Both the position numbers and the translations under genes were made by a program. From Candidatus Hodarchaeum mangrovi (GTDB taxonomy: Archaea; Asgardarchaeota; Heimdallarchaeia; Hodarchaeales; Hodarchaeaceae): a stretch of DNA of 64,000 bases. Shown one piece after another: positions 32,058 to 41,448 of this stretch; positions within the stretch are counted from its first letter, which is position 1, and every line of letters starts with the position of its first letter. The stretch covers positions 28,528 to 92,527 of the forward strand of contig JAEOUE010000207.1 in assembly GCA_016839515.1 (NCBI GenBank), written 5' to 3'. A model generated the notes under the pieces. It worked only from the letters and a program-made list of their open reading frames with translations. It was not told where the DNA came from and did no database searches.

Positions 32058-32288
32058 TGGGCACGGTCGGAATTTCATTAAGGAAAGGAATTTTTTCTCA
32101 ATTTTGAACCGACGATTTTCGGACACCCTGCAACGTGCAGAGGTGACACCGAGTTTCCTCATTTTTCCAGAACTTCATCATGAGTCTCAGTAAACCCAGT
32201 GTAGTTCATTGGGGGGTTCTGGAGCCCGGCGCGATACTTATCCGGTCTCGCTAACATAACGCGAGGCCCCTAGCTTCGCTACGTGCCC
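32058..32288 (-). tRNA. tRNA-Trp(CCA) with four introns: 18/19 (32238-32269), 37/38 (32155-32218), 45/46 (32117-32146), 59/60 (32072-32102)
   Basis: 231 nt minus 32+64+30+31 gives the 74-nt cloverleaf GGGCACG TA GCGA AGCTAGGTA TCGC G CCGGG CTCCAGA CTCGG TGATC GTCGG TTCAAAT CCGAC CGTGCCC A. Confidence 0.9.
32155..32218 (-). ncRNA. C/D-box guide RNA within the tRNA-Trp 37/38 intron (predicted Cm34 and Cm39)
   Basis: Boxes CTGA, ATGATGA and ATGA; guides GTTCTGGA and ACACTGGGTTT pair with the pre-tRNA, and the D+5 rule falls on C34 and C39. Confidence 0.8.
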
Positions 32289-32342
32289 ACTACGCGTGGG
32301 AAACATGTACATTCCCGATATAATTAAATTCAATACATCTTA

Positions 32343-33074
32343 TTAAAAATTTTCGTTGAAATCACGCCAAGTAATGTTTTGAAAATTCAGGGGAAAATAA
32401 GTTGGATAAATATCCTTTTTAAAACCTTGATGATACCAATGAGTAAAATCAAAGGTTATTTTTCCAGTAAGTAGAATGATAGAGTCATGTGTTAAAATAA
32501 TGTCATTTTCTATTTGTTTTAATTGCTTATCAACTGATTTTAAACATATAGCTGAGCCAGAAACTCCTAATTGCTGCAATTTTGATTCAATTAAGTATTT
32601 ATGGATACGACTATGACTTTTCTGAGCATCAAGATAAAAAATTACCTGTTTTGGTTCCAATTTTTTTAGCCCCTCAATATAAACTTGAATTAAGTTTTCA
32701 TCGATTGCAAATTTCTCTTTAGGATGAATTGATGAAAAAATATCTCTATATAACCCATCACGACTTATGATAAGGGGCTCATTCATAATTAATGAAAAAA
32801 AAGTGACAAGTTGATTATAAGCGTCAATATATAATATTTTATTCATAAGTTGAACAGTGGATTTAAGAACTAAACTATTAATTCTTATAGCTTCATTTTC
32901 TGAAAATGCAGATCGGTTTAAGATATTTCTTAAATTACTTTTTAAACTGTAACGATTTGCTACAAAATTAAGTGTGGTTCTTTTAGGATAACCTTGATCA
33001 AGAAGAAATATAATTTCACGATAAGCCTTAAAAAGGATAGAAGTCGATTCTAGAATATCTAGATAATCTTGCAT
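32343..33074 (-). CDS. DUF434-domain protein
   Basis: FLLDQGYP...FVANRYSL...IDAYN...DGLYRDI. Confidence 0.8.
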   Translation of the reverse strand: MQDYLDILESTSILFKAYREIIFLLDQGYPKRTTLNFVANRYSLKSNLRNILNRSAFSENEAIRINSLVLKSTVQLMNKILYIDAYNQLVTFFSLIMNEPLIISRDGLYRDIFSSIHPKEKFAIDENLIQVYIEGLKKLEPKQVIFYLDAQKSHSRIHKYLIESKLQQLGVSGSAICLKSVDKQLKQIENDIILTHDSIILLTGKITFDFTHWYHQGFKKDIYPTYFPLNFQNITWRDFNENF

Positions 33075-33664
33075 TAGGATCCCAATTTATACTCTTCATT
33101 TAAAAATGAAATTAGTTTACAAACAGCTAAATACCGGTGCGAGAGGCTATATTTTTTCTCTCCTAATTCACCAAATGTTTTCCCATCTCCTTTTGAAGGG
33201 ATAAATACAGGGTCATAACCCCATCCTGATTCGGAAACTGATGCTGAAATAATACCATTTACCCTTCCTGTAAACAAATATATCTTTTTATTAAAGTACA
33301 ACGCGATAGAAGATTGAAAAAAGGCTTTCCGATTATCTTTCTCTTCTAGAAGTTTTAAAATTCCCCATAATCCAATTGTTTTTAGGACATAGGAGGAATA
33401 AGGCCCTGGAAACCCATTTAAGGTTTCAATAAAAAGACCTGAATCCTCAACAAAATAAGGGATGGTGAAATCCTTTTGAAAACAAGTTTTTAAAGAAAAT
33501 TTTGCGATTTCTTCAAGACTATCAGATTGAATTTCACTCAAAATCATATTCAGAAATTTTAGTTGTATTTTAGATTTCTGAAGAAAAACTTTGTAAATCT
33601 CTTTATATTTTTGCACATTGCTCGAAACAAATCCAATTTCAATACTATTTGGTAAATTCTCCAT
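33074..33664 (-). CDS. rdgB: XTP/dITP diphosphatase (HAM1/RdgB family)
   Basis: VEDSGLFI...GFPGPYS, GWGYDPVF, SHR. Confidence 0.94.
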   Translation of the reverse strand: MENLPNSIEIGFVSSNVQKYKEIYKVFLQKSKIQLKFLNMILSEIQSDSLEEIAKFSLKTCFQKDFTIPYFVEDSGLFIETLNGFPGPYSSYVLKTIGLWGILKLLEEKDNRKAFFQSSIALYFNKKIYLFTGRVNGIISASVSESGWGYDPVFIPSKGDGKTFGELGEKKYSLSHRYLAVCKLISFLNEEYKLGS

Positions 33665-33802
33665 AATGATTTCAACTTTTAAAATATGAAATAAGATTTA
33701 TGAAGTAATTCAATTCTCCTTTAAATGACTGCTAATAACAGTTAAAAGAAGAATTAAACATCAAAGTAAATTTATTTATATGTAGCCTCGGTGGAAGATT
33801 TA

Positions 33803-34261
33803 ATGGCCCGAATGCATGCAAGAAGAAAAGGAAAAAGCGGATCTACAAGACCAATATGGAGAAAAACTCCAGAATGGGTTCCTTATTCTCCCGAAGAAAT
33901 TGAAAAACTAGTTATCGATAAAGCGAGAGAAGGTTTAGGGTCAGCACAAATTGGATTGATCTTACGTGATGCTTATGCGATACCTAGCATAAAAAAGATT
34001 ACAGGAAGGTCAGTTACGAAAATCATGAAGGAGAATGATCTAGGACCAAAAATGCCTGAAGATTTCCTAAATCTCGTACGTCAAGCATTAAACCTTAGAA
34101 ATCATCTAGAAAGTGGGAATAAGAAAGATAAGCATTCTAGACGAGGACTACAGCTAGTTGAATCTAAAATTCGACGATTAACAAGATATTATAAAAAGAA
34201 AGGGGTTTTTGATTCAGATTTTAAATATGAACCCTCAAACGCAACCCTATATCTACGTTAA
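33803..34261 (+). CDS. rps15: 30S ribosomal protein uS15
   Basis: [14 protein letters not shown]...ESKIRRL. Confidence 0.97.
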   Translation: MARMHARRKGKSGSTRPIWRKTPEWVPYSPEEIEKLVIDKAREGLGSAQIGLILRDAYAIPSIKKITGRSVTKIMKENDLGPKMPEDFLNLVRQALNLRNHLESGNKKDKHSRRGLQLVESKIRRLTRYYKKKGVFDSDFKYEPSNATLYLR

Positions 34262-34333
34262 AAATCAAAAAAATTTTCAAATATTCTTAATCAAAATAGG
34301 ATCAAGCTTTAAAAATCCAACGAAGGTTATCTC

Positions 34334-35239
34334 TTGTTAGAACAAGATATAGAATCGCAATTGCTAAAGATTTCCAATATGGAAGCTATTGCTCGTGATA
34401 TAAAGCATCAGCGTGAAGGGATTAATAGAAAAGTAACTGAAATTGCAAATAAACGAAATTCACTTAATGAACAGGTAAAAGAGCTAATAGCAACTGCGAA
34501 AGAAGAACGTGAAAAACGAGATAACTGTAATGACAAGATCACAGCACTTAAAGAAAGCAAAACTTTATTATTAAAAGAACTCGAAGGATTTGAAAAGCAA
34601 GCAGAAGGACTAAATGGGCAACTTGAAGGATTAAATGTCAAGGGAAATACACATTCTCGTCGAGTAGACATTTCTGCCAAAAAAATTCGTCATGAGATAC
34701 AAGAACTTGAATGGAAAATTCAAACAACATCAAACTTATCAATTAATGAGGAGAGAGAAATAGTTGAGCAGATTGCAAGATTAGAGCAAAAATTCCGAGA
34801 AGTAAGAGAAACCGATGTCATATCAAGAGATTTAAGAACTTTTAATAATCGAATTAATGTACTTAAAGGAAAAATGCGGTCATTAGAAAATGAACTAAGA
34901 TCAATGGCTCGCGAAAGCCGTTTTCATCATAAAACTATGATTCAAGCATTTAAAAACGCTGATGTAATGAGAAAACAAGCGGATGATCTACATGCTCAAT
35001 TTATCGATGCTAAAAAACAAGCAAATTCAGTCCATAATGAATATCTAAATTATCTACGTGAGATAAACAGAATTCGTCAAGATATAAATAAAAGTAAACA
35101 AAAAGTCAGGGCTAAACAGGATGCTCATCGAAAGGAAAAGCTCGAAGAGAAAACTGAAGACGCACGGAAGAAGTTTGAGGAAGGAAGAAAATTATCATTT
35201 GAGGAATTTAGGACTTTAATAGATAAAGGGTTAATCTAA
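34334..35239 (+). CDS. COG1340-like archaeal coiled-coil protein
   Basis: LEWKIQT...EERE...KLSFEEF; heptad-rich. Confidence 0.8.
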   Translation: MLEQDIESQLLKISNMEAIARDIKHQREGINRKVTEIANKRNSLNEQVKELIATAKEEREKRDNCNDKITALKESKTLLLKELEGFEKQAEGLNGQLEGLNVKGNTHSRRVDISAKKIRHEIQELEWKIQTTSNLSINEEREIVEQIARLEQKFREVRETDVISRDLRTFNNRINVLKGKMRSLENELRSMARESRFHHKTMIQAFKNADVMRKQADDLHAQFIDAKKQANSVHNEYLNYLREINRIRQDINKSKQKVRAKQDAHRKEKLEEKTEDARKKFEEGRKLSFEEFRTLIDKGLI

Positions 35240-35350
35240 ATAAAGATTTAACTTTGTTAATAATACATAAGGAATTGGGTTTTCCTATTAACTAAATCCA
35301 ATATAAAATTTCAAGTAAATCTTCAAATCTCTAGCTATGGTGTTATTTGC

Positions 35351-36754
35351 ATGGGATCATATGAGGAATTCTTCCAAGTGTGTAATCAAACTGCTAGAAG
35401 TCTTCTTTCAAAGGCTTATAACCTTTTTCCGTTTTTAATCTTCTCTCATTATGATCCTGATGGATTAACAGCAGCAACAATACTTGGGACTGCTTTGGCA
35501 CGGGAAAAAATACCTTATCAGATTCAAATCTTAAAACATCTCGAGTATTCCGCTTTAGAAAAAATTAATAGAATTAATCAAGGTGAAATAACGGTAATTT
35601 TTTTGGATTTAGGTTCAGGTGTGATAGATGGCTTTTCAAATTGGGATGAAAAAAAAAGTGTATTTATCATAGATCATCATTATCTTGAAGAGAATATTCA
35701 AATCCCAAAACATGTAGAACTACTTAATCCTCATATTTATTCTATTGATGGTAGTTCAGAAATTAGTGGATCTGGAATTGCTTATCTTATAGCCAAAGAA
35801 ATGAATCCTAGAAATATAGATCAAGCAAAATTGGCAATAATTGGTGCTCTAGGTGATTACCAAGATAAAGGAGAAAAATCAAGTCTACTTGGTTTAAACA
35901 AGCAAATAGTAAATGATGCTATAAAGACAAATCAAATTAATGAAACTGAAGCTGTGTGGTTCTTTGACAGATCACGGTCAATAAAAAGTGTCCTCTGGTC
36001 AAGTAGGTTAATTGAGTTTAATAATGAGATTGAACTTGAATCTTTTTTAGAGGATTCAGGGATTCAATTGTATGATAAAGATAGAGAACGAATTTTCTAT
36101 GATTTATCATATGATGAATGTAAGAATATTGCTTCTAAATTAATAGAATATGGAGTGGAACAAAGAGAAATAATTAAAACAGATTATCGCTTATTAAATG
36201 AAGAAATTGTCGAATTGGAAGACGCAAGAGTCTTTGCAACTAGATTAAACGCATGTGGAAGGTTGGATAGAGCTGATATTGGGATTGCTTTGTGTTCAGG
36301 AGATAGATCTACAGCTTTGAGAGAACTAAAACAGATTATTAAGGAAGATAGGAAGATTATATCTGAGAATTTACAATTTGCGAAATCTGAAGGAAATATT
36401 ACTGAAAAAACAGCTCTTTATGTCCTTGATGGTAGACCAAAAATAAATGAGAAATTTATAGGACGTATTACCTCAATGCTCAGCTATCAGAAGGAATTTA
36501 AACTCAAACCAATCCTTGGAATTGCTAAAACCTCAAATGAGCGGGTTAAACTAAGTTTCAGAAATAATACCAACCAAAATGCTAATTTTGACTTAGTATC
36601 GATTTTGAAGGAAGTTATCTCAAATATTGAACCCAATACTGAAGTTGGAGGCCATTCAGACGCGGCAGGAGCAATAGTTTCGGAAAATAAAATTGATGAG
36701 ATTGTTTGGGAGATTAATGAAACTATAATGAAGGTGAGAAATCAAAATGATTAA
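35351..36754 (+). CDS. DHH-family RecJ-like phosphoesterase
   Basis: HYDPDG, DLG, IDHH, LNACGR and GGHSDAAG motifs. Confidence 0.9.
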   Translation: MGSYEEFFQVCNQTARSLLSKAYNLFPFLIFSHYDPDGLTAATILGTALAREKIPYQIQILKHLEYSALEKINRINQGEITVIFLDLGSGVIDGFSNWDEKKSVFIIDHHYLEENIQIPKHVELLNPHIYSIDGSSEISGSGIAYLIAKEMNPRNIDQAKLAIIGALGDYQDKGEKSSLLGLNKQIVNDAIKTNQINETEAVWFFDRSRSIKSVLWSSRLIEFNNEIELESFLEDSGIQLYDKDRERIFYDLSYDECKNIASKLIEYGVEQREIIKTDYRLLNEEIVELEDARVFATRLNACGRLDRADIGIALCSGDRSTALRELKQIIKEDRKIISENLQFAKSEGNITEKTALYVLDGRPKINEKFIGRITSMLSYQKEFKLKPILGIAKTSNERVKLSFRNNTNQNANFDLVSILKEVISNIEPNTEVGGHSDAAGAIVSENKIDEIVWEINETIMKVRNQND

Positions 36755-37013
36755 GAAAATTAATTTGATTATTCAAGTAGATTACCCAGATGAACTAATG
36801 GCAAAACTGATAAATAGTGCTCTAAGGCCTGACAATTTAGCAAAAGAACCAATGATTCTTATATCGAAAGTATCTAAGACAACACTGAAAATTACGTCAA
36901 AAAGGATGGAAAAAATCGAAACTGCTGTAGCTACAGCAAATGATATAATATCTAGCCTTTCCCTCTCAGAAGAAATAATAGAAGTAGGAAAAAAAGGAAA
37001 ATCTAAGGATTAA
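36747..37013 (+). CDS. pcc1: KEOPS complex subunit Pcc1
   Basis: A..I.SALRPDN motif, size, and position after the DHH gene. Confidence 0.75.
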   Translation: MIKKINLIIQVDYPDELMAKLINSALRPDNLAKEPMILISKVSKTTLKITSKRMEKIETAVATANDIISSLSLSEEIIEVGKKGKSKD

Positions 37014-37608
37014 TTGGCTTTAGGATTTTGGATTTTTGAATTTCGACACTTTTGAGAGGATAAATGTTCTTACACTCATGATATACAACGGAGCCTAGTT
37101 TTCCTCCAGTAGCATCGCGAATGAATTCGTCTTGTGTAAGTTCATTAGCCTGTTCTGCTACAACCTTAAGCATTTTACGACGGATTGCATCTTTTTGACT
37201 GGTTTTTGATCGGTGTTGAGTAAAGCCTGTTGCAGTTATTCGAAAAGGAATTCCATCTTTTGTTTTAACTGTGCTAATACTATCAATTCGAGTTCTTCTA
37301 CGTCGAACTAGAAATCTGAGATAATCTCGAGCAAAAGAATGACCTTTAAACCGTGTTTTTGCATTATTACCTATAACTTCTGTTATTTGAAAACGAATCT
37401 TAACGTGCATCTTTGAATAATCATTATTAATATCTGATAAGGAAATCTCTATAACTCTTCCAATTAATTTATTAGGATCATCAGTAAGAGACTCTCCAAT
37501 TATCCTTTCTTCACCCTCTAGAAAACCTGGGGGGCTGTAAATCTGATATAATTCCTTTGCAGACCATTTATCTACCATTCTACGAGCTGAACGTGAACGA
37601 CGACTCAA
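37003..37608 (-). CDS. rps3ae: 30S ribosomal protein eS1 (S3Ae)
   Basis: DKWSAKELY...RDYLRFLVRRRRTRID...IYPL. Confidence 0.95.
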   Translation of the reverse strand: MSRRSRSARRMVDKWSAKELYQIYSPPGFLEGEERIIGESLTDDPNKLIGRVIEISLSDINNDYSKMHVKIRFQITEVIGNNAKTRFKGHSFARDYLRFLVRRRRTRIDSISTVKTKDGIPFRITATGFTQHRSKTSQKDAIRRKMLKVVAEQANELTQDEFIRDATGGKLGSVVYHECKNIYPLKSVEIQKSKILKPINP

Positions 37609-37861
37609 ACAAATTTTTCTCCTTATGCTTTCTCGTCAAATATTTACATATAGGGGAGATTAAGACTAATCTTTAAATTCTTCTCTTTTTAATATACTCC
37701 CTTATAACAAAAATAATAACTACAGATCTTTAAATTAATCAATTCAAAATTCTAAATGCGAAGAATTCTAAAGAAAGTAAAAATCTTTAGAAGATATCGC
37801 ATTTTTATAAATACAAATACCTTAATGTCATAATACCCTTTTTGTTAATCAAGTGATTTAA

Positions 37862-38524
37862 ATGAAAGGTTTTACTTCATCCTTCTTAATTTTAAGAATA
37901 AATGAGCAAATCTGGAATGATGAAAAAAGTAAGAATCTAGTTGAATATGCAGTTGAAACTTCAAAGAATAAAGACTTTACGATTGGATTTATACCACCAA
38001 TTTCAAGTTTATTTACTTTTGTCGAAGAATTTTCAAACCCTGTTCTTTACCCAGGAATACCATTATCTCCTGATGAAATAAAAAGACAAGGATTATCGGG
38101 AGTAATTATAGATACCGCGAAAGATAACGTTACACTGGTGAACCTTGAATCTACCATAAGACATGCACGTAACAGACAATTGATAACAATAATTTGTACA
38201 GGGAACGAAGCGATTTCCGCTGCAGTGTCAAAATTAGATCCAAATGGAATTGCTTTTACTCCTGAGGAACTTTCAAGAATGAGTACGACGATAGAAAAAA
38301 TAAATCCAGAAATTATTGATAATCACATTAAAAGAGTAAGAATAGAAAATGCAAGAATAACTCCGATCCTTTATGCACCGATTTTAAATGAAAAAGAACT
38401 GAATAAAGTATTAAATCTAGGTTTGAAAGGATTCTTGTTGGATCTAGATTGGATTTATCAATATCCTGATAATTTTATAGATCAATTTGTTAATCAAATA
38501 AAAAATTTTAACTCTACGAAATAA
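37862..38524 (+). CDS. Triosephosphate isomerase-like protein lacking catalytic residues
   Basis: Follows the archaeal TPI pattern (GLSGVII, LITIICT, SAAVSKLDP) but NxK, NHSE and EPP are replaced. Confidence 0.65.
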   Translation: MKGFTSSFLILRINEQIWNDEKSKNLVEYAVETSKNKDFTIGFIPPISSLFTFVEEFSNPVLYPGIPLSPDEIKRQGLSGVIIDTAKDNVTLVNLESTIRHARNRQLITIICTGNEAISAAVSKLDPNGIAFTPEELSRMSTTIEKINPEIIDNHIKRVRIENARITPILYAPILNEKELNKVLNLGLKGFLLDLDWIYQYPDNFIDQFVNQIKNFNSTK

Positions 38525-38555
38525 CAAAAAAGGAGGATAAATAAAAAGAAGAATA

Positions 38556-38696
38556 TTAATCTTTTTTCTCCTCTTCCTCCTCTAATTCTTCATCCTCTTC
38601 ATTATAAAAAAGAATGTAAAATAGAACTAACAAAAGAGCAATTATAACTAAAATACTAGCAATAAATGTGGCATAGAACCAATCTAAGAGAGCCAT
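38556..38696 (-). CDS. 46-aa single-pass membrane microprotein with acidic tail
   Basis: MALLDWFYATFIASILVIIALLLVLFYILFYNEEDEELEEEEEKKD; upstream GGAG; below the ORF track cut-off. Confidence 0.6.
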   Translation of the reverse strand: MALLDWFYATFIASILVIIALLLVLFYILFYNEEDEELEEEEEKKD

Positions 38697-38765
38697 AACT
38701 GAAGAACTCCATAATTATTGAAAAAAGTACTCATTCTTATCTATCTGATCAAACTTAAAAATTAT

Positions 38766-40286
38766 TTATTTATCTTCAGATCTAGAAATCCTTTCAAAAT
38801 TAACTGAATTATTAAATTGCCATTTCTTTGCATAAGATTCTGCAGTTTGTTGAAGGTTTGGTGAAATTGATGTGCCATGGTGTTTTCTAGCACGAATCCT
38901 GAAAAAAATTGGGTAATTTATTCCTTCTCCAACAATTAATGCTTCCCCGACCTCTAGATCTGGTAACATTTTCAATATTGATCGATCAATACCCTCTGAT
39001 GTTTTTCCAATGAAATCTAAATCGTAAGGATTACGGATTCGAAGAATTAAATTAGAATTGCATTGTGAAAGAGCTGTTACAGATAAATTTACCGGTCTTT
39101 GAGAAATTAAACATAAACTGCAGTAAAATTTTCTACCCTCACGGGCAATGGTCTCTATAATACCTTTTGAAACTGATCTAGAGGATTCAGGACAAAATTG
39201 ATGCGCTTCCTCAATCATGAACACTATCGGAGGTATCTTGTTTTGAATACGTAACGAATAAAGGCTTTTAAGGAAATATAATGCCTGGATTCTTCTTGCT
39301 CTAAAACTCTGAAGATCAGAAAGATCTAAAATAACTGTTTTACCAGGTGATATTAAATTTTGGAAGTCTAGATTTGATTCTGGTGAGAATAAATATGTGC
39401 GATGAAGGGAAAGTAACCAGCCAACCATTGCTTCTCGTGTTCTAGGATTTACTCCTTCTGTTATCTCTAATTGTTTTATTAATTCTAAGATAGAATAATG
39501 TCCCAAATTCATTTTTTTGATATTTGTAATAATCCCCTCCAAAACTCTTGTCTGAACGACTGACATTTCAGGTATAAATTCTGAAATATCCCATGCAGAT
39601 AGTTCTGGGACACCGATAGAAATTAAAGATCCACTAAGGACTTCTATATTCTCCTTATATTCAGAAGTGTTAAAAATATTGGAATATTCTCCATGGGGAT
39701 CAATAAGAATCACTCCTAATTTACCATATTGTAAAATCTCTTCTAGAAGAACAGAAGCAGCGTAAGACTTCCCAGCTCCTGAAATAGCTAGAATTGCCAG
39801 ATGTTTACGAAGCAATCGGGAAATATTTAACTTAATATCTACTTCATTTGCTTGGAGAAATCCTAAATGTAGCCCATTTTTATCTAATCCTAAGAATACT
39901 TCAATACTGTGAGGAGATGATCTAAATACTTTCGAACCTGGAGAAACAGGATACTTAACTCTTGAAACAACCTCTTTTTCAATATCCAACTCCCCTAGAG
40001 GTTTAATTTCAGCAATAGTATTCTCCCATTCATTAATTGGAAAAATATTATGGTAATCACGAGAAGCAATTTCGTGAGCACTAGCTTCTAGTGTTTCATA
40101 ATATGCATTATATTTTTTTATCCCACTAATGAGTCCTATGACTTCGATTTTTTCATTTTTGGGAATTGTAACAAACTGTCCTCTTTCTATTATCAAGGAA
40201 GAGTCTTTTTCTAGAATCACTTCGATTTTTTCTAAACTAGGCGAATCAGAAGTGACAATCACTATTCCAATTATCATAATTTTCAT
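38766..40286 (-). CDS. herA: HerA helicase (HAS barrel plus FtsK/HerA ATPase)
   Basis: HLAILAISGAGKS, DPHGEY, IEEAHQF, IAREGRKF, SQRP. Confidence 0.9.
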   Translation of the reverse strand: MKIMIIGIVIVTSDSPSLEKIEVILEKDSSLIIERGQFVTIPKNEKIEVIGLISGIKKYNAYYETLEASAHEIASRDYHNIFPINEWENTIAEIKPLGELDIEKEVVSRVKYPVSPGSKVFRSSPHSIEVFLGLDKNGLHLGFLQANEVDIKLNISRLLRKHLAILAISGAGKSYAASVLLEEILQYGKLGVILIDPHGEYSNIFNTSEYKENIEVLSGSLISIGVPELSAWDISEFIPEMSVVQTRVLEGIITNIKKMNLGHYSILELIKQLEITEGVNPRTREAMVGWLLSLHRTYLFSPESNLDFQNLISPGKTVILDLSDLQSFRARRIQALYFLKSLYSLRIQNKIPPIVFMIEEAHQFCPESSRSVSKGIIETIAREGRKFYCSLCLISQRPVNLSVTALSQCNSNLILRIRNPYDLDFIGKTSEGIDRSILKMLPDLEVGEALIVGEGINYPIFFRIRARKHHGTSISPNLQQTAESYAKKWQFNNSVNFERISRSEDK

Positions 40287-40305
40287 ACCTTTTAAATTAT
40301 TATTT

Positions 40306-41448
40306 TTAAAATTTCCACGGAGATCTTTCTCTTCGTCTTAACCATAAATCGGGTATTGGAAATCGTTTTCTCATCAAGTGAAAAAAAGCATCAACTTCTG
40401 TCTCTTTTATCTTTGCTCTGGCATCAGCTTCAACAATTGGCGCAGGAATCCCATAATTTTTATAATACTGAGAAAGAGGTAAAATCGTTTCTGCTAAGAT
40501 ATTAATCTCCTTGATCATTTCTTTAGTTTCTTTTTGGAGTGGCTGAAATATCTCTACTCTAAGAGGAATATCAAAACGAGCTGTTTTTAAATAGAAGTTA
40601 TAGAACGCGAATTTTTTAGCGAAATCTTGTGAGACATTAAAATCAAGTTTAAGAACCATTGAACGATATTGAAAGTCTAAAAGATAGTAAAAAAGATCCA
40701 TATCACGAGAATTATTAATAATATTTCTATAATCAAGTTCCAATAGTTCAGGCATTCTATCTATCATAAAAGGAAGAATTCTGCCGAGAAATTTAGTCAT
40801 TAAGCTCATTTTACTGTCTTTAACAATCCATGCTAGCTTGACAGTCTTTTTCCTTGCATTAAAAATCAATTCCTGAAGTATTGATAGATAAGTTTCATAA
40901 TAATTAATAATCTTCTGATTCGAAGTTAAAGGTTTATTAATAACTGGGCTACCATCAAGTAATAAAACATCGATCTTTTTCTCACTTAATTCAAGAATCT
41001 GCAACGCTACTTGAAGTTCTGTAATAGCACGACGTAATGTACCCAAATGTTCAAAATCTAAAGAAGAAAAAGCAGAATCTGAAATTGTTATTTCGAGAGG
41101 GGGAATTTTCGCAGGGTAATAAGTAGTATTTTGAATACCTTCAGGAGTATAAGTGATAAATACTGCTACTGCACGAAAGAGGAAAATATCAAAACCTATA
41201 AGTAGACGAGAAATATGTCCTCCATCTATACCCCCAATTGTTAAACCTGAGATATCAAGTGGATTAAGGGAAGAGAAAATATAATGATCAAAAGTAAAAG
41301 ATTGAAGATGAGTAGGTAAAGATTCTAAAGAAGGACTGTACTGTTTTAGAACTCGACAAAACTGAACTTTATCCTTATTAAATTCAGAAATTTTATTGAG
41401 ATGATAATGAATATCTTTAAGAGTCTTGACAGCTGTGTTCTGGATGAT
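40306..41448 (-). CDS. nurA: NurA 5'-3' nuclease, probable non-canonical ATC start
   Basis: Frame open to 41460; contains IGGIDGG, LLLDGS, IVKDS and YGIPAPIVEADARA; adjacent to herA. Confidence 0.85.
   Translation of the reverse strand: MIQNTAVKTLKDIHYHLNKISEFNKDKVQFCRVLKQYSPSLESLPTHLQSFTFDHYIFSSLNPLDISGLTIGGIDGGHISRLLIGFDIFLFRAVAVFITYTPEGIQNTTYYPAKIPPLEITISDSAFSSLDFEHLGTLRRAITELQVALQILELSEKKIDVLLLDGSPVINKPLTSNQKIINYYETYLSILQELIFNARKKTVKLAWIVKDSKMSLMTKFLGRILPFMIDRMPELLELDYRNIINNSRDMDLFYYLLDFQYRSMVLKLDFNVSQDFAKKFAFYNFYLKTARFDIPLRVEIFQPLQKETKEMIKEINILAETILPLSQYYKNYGIPAPIVEADARAKIKETEVDAFFHLMRKRFPIPDLWLRRRERSPWKF

Noticed and set aside
29020-32288. Reading the Ser and Trp loci as split, permuted or pseudo-tRNAs
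   Set aside because: All exons are collinear in normal order and are joined by BHB-like cis introns that give intact cloverleaves
38766-41448. HerA-NurA as a defence or conjugation module
   Set aside because: Matches the standard archaeal DNA end-resection pair, although mre11 and rad50 are not in this window
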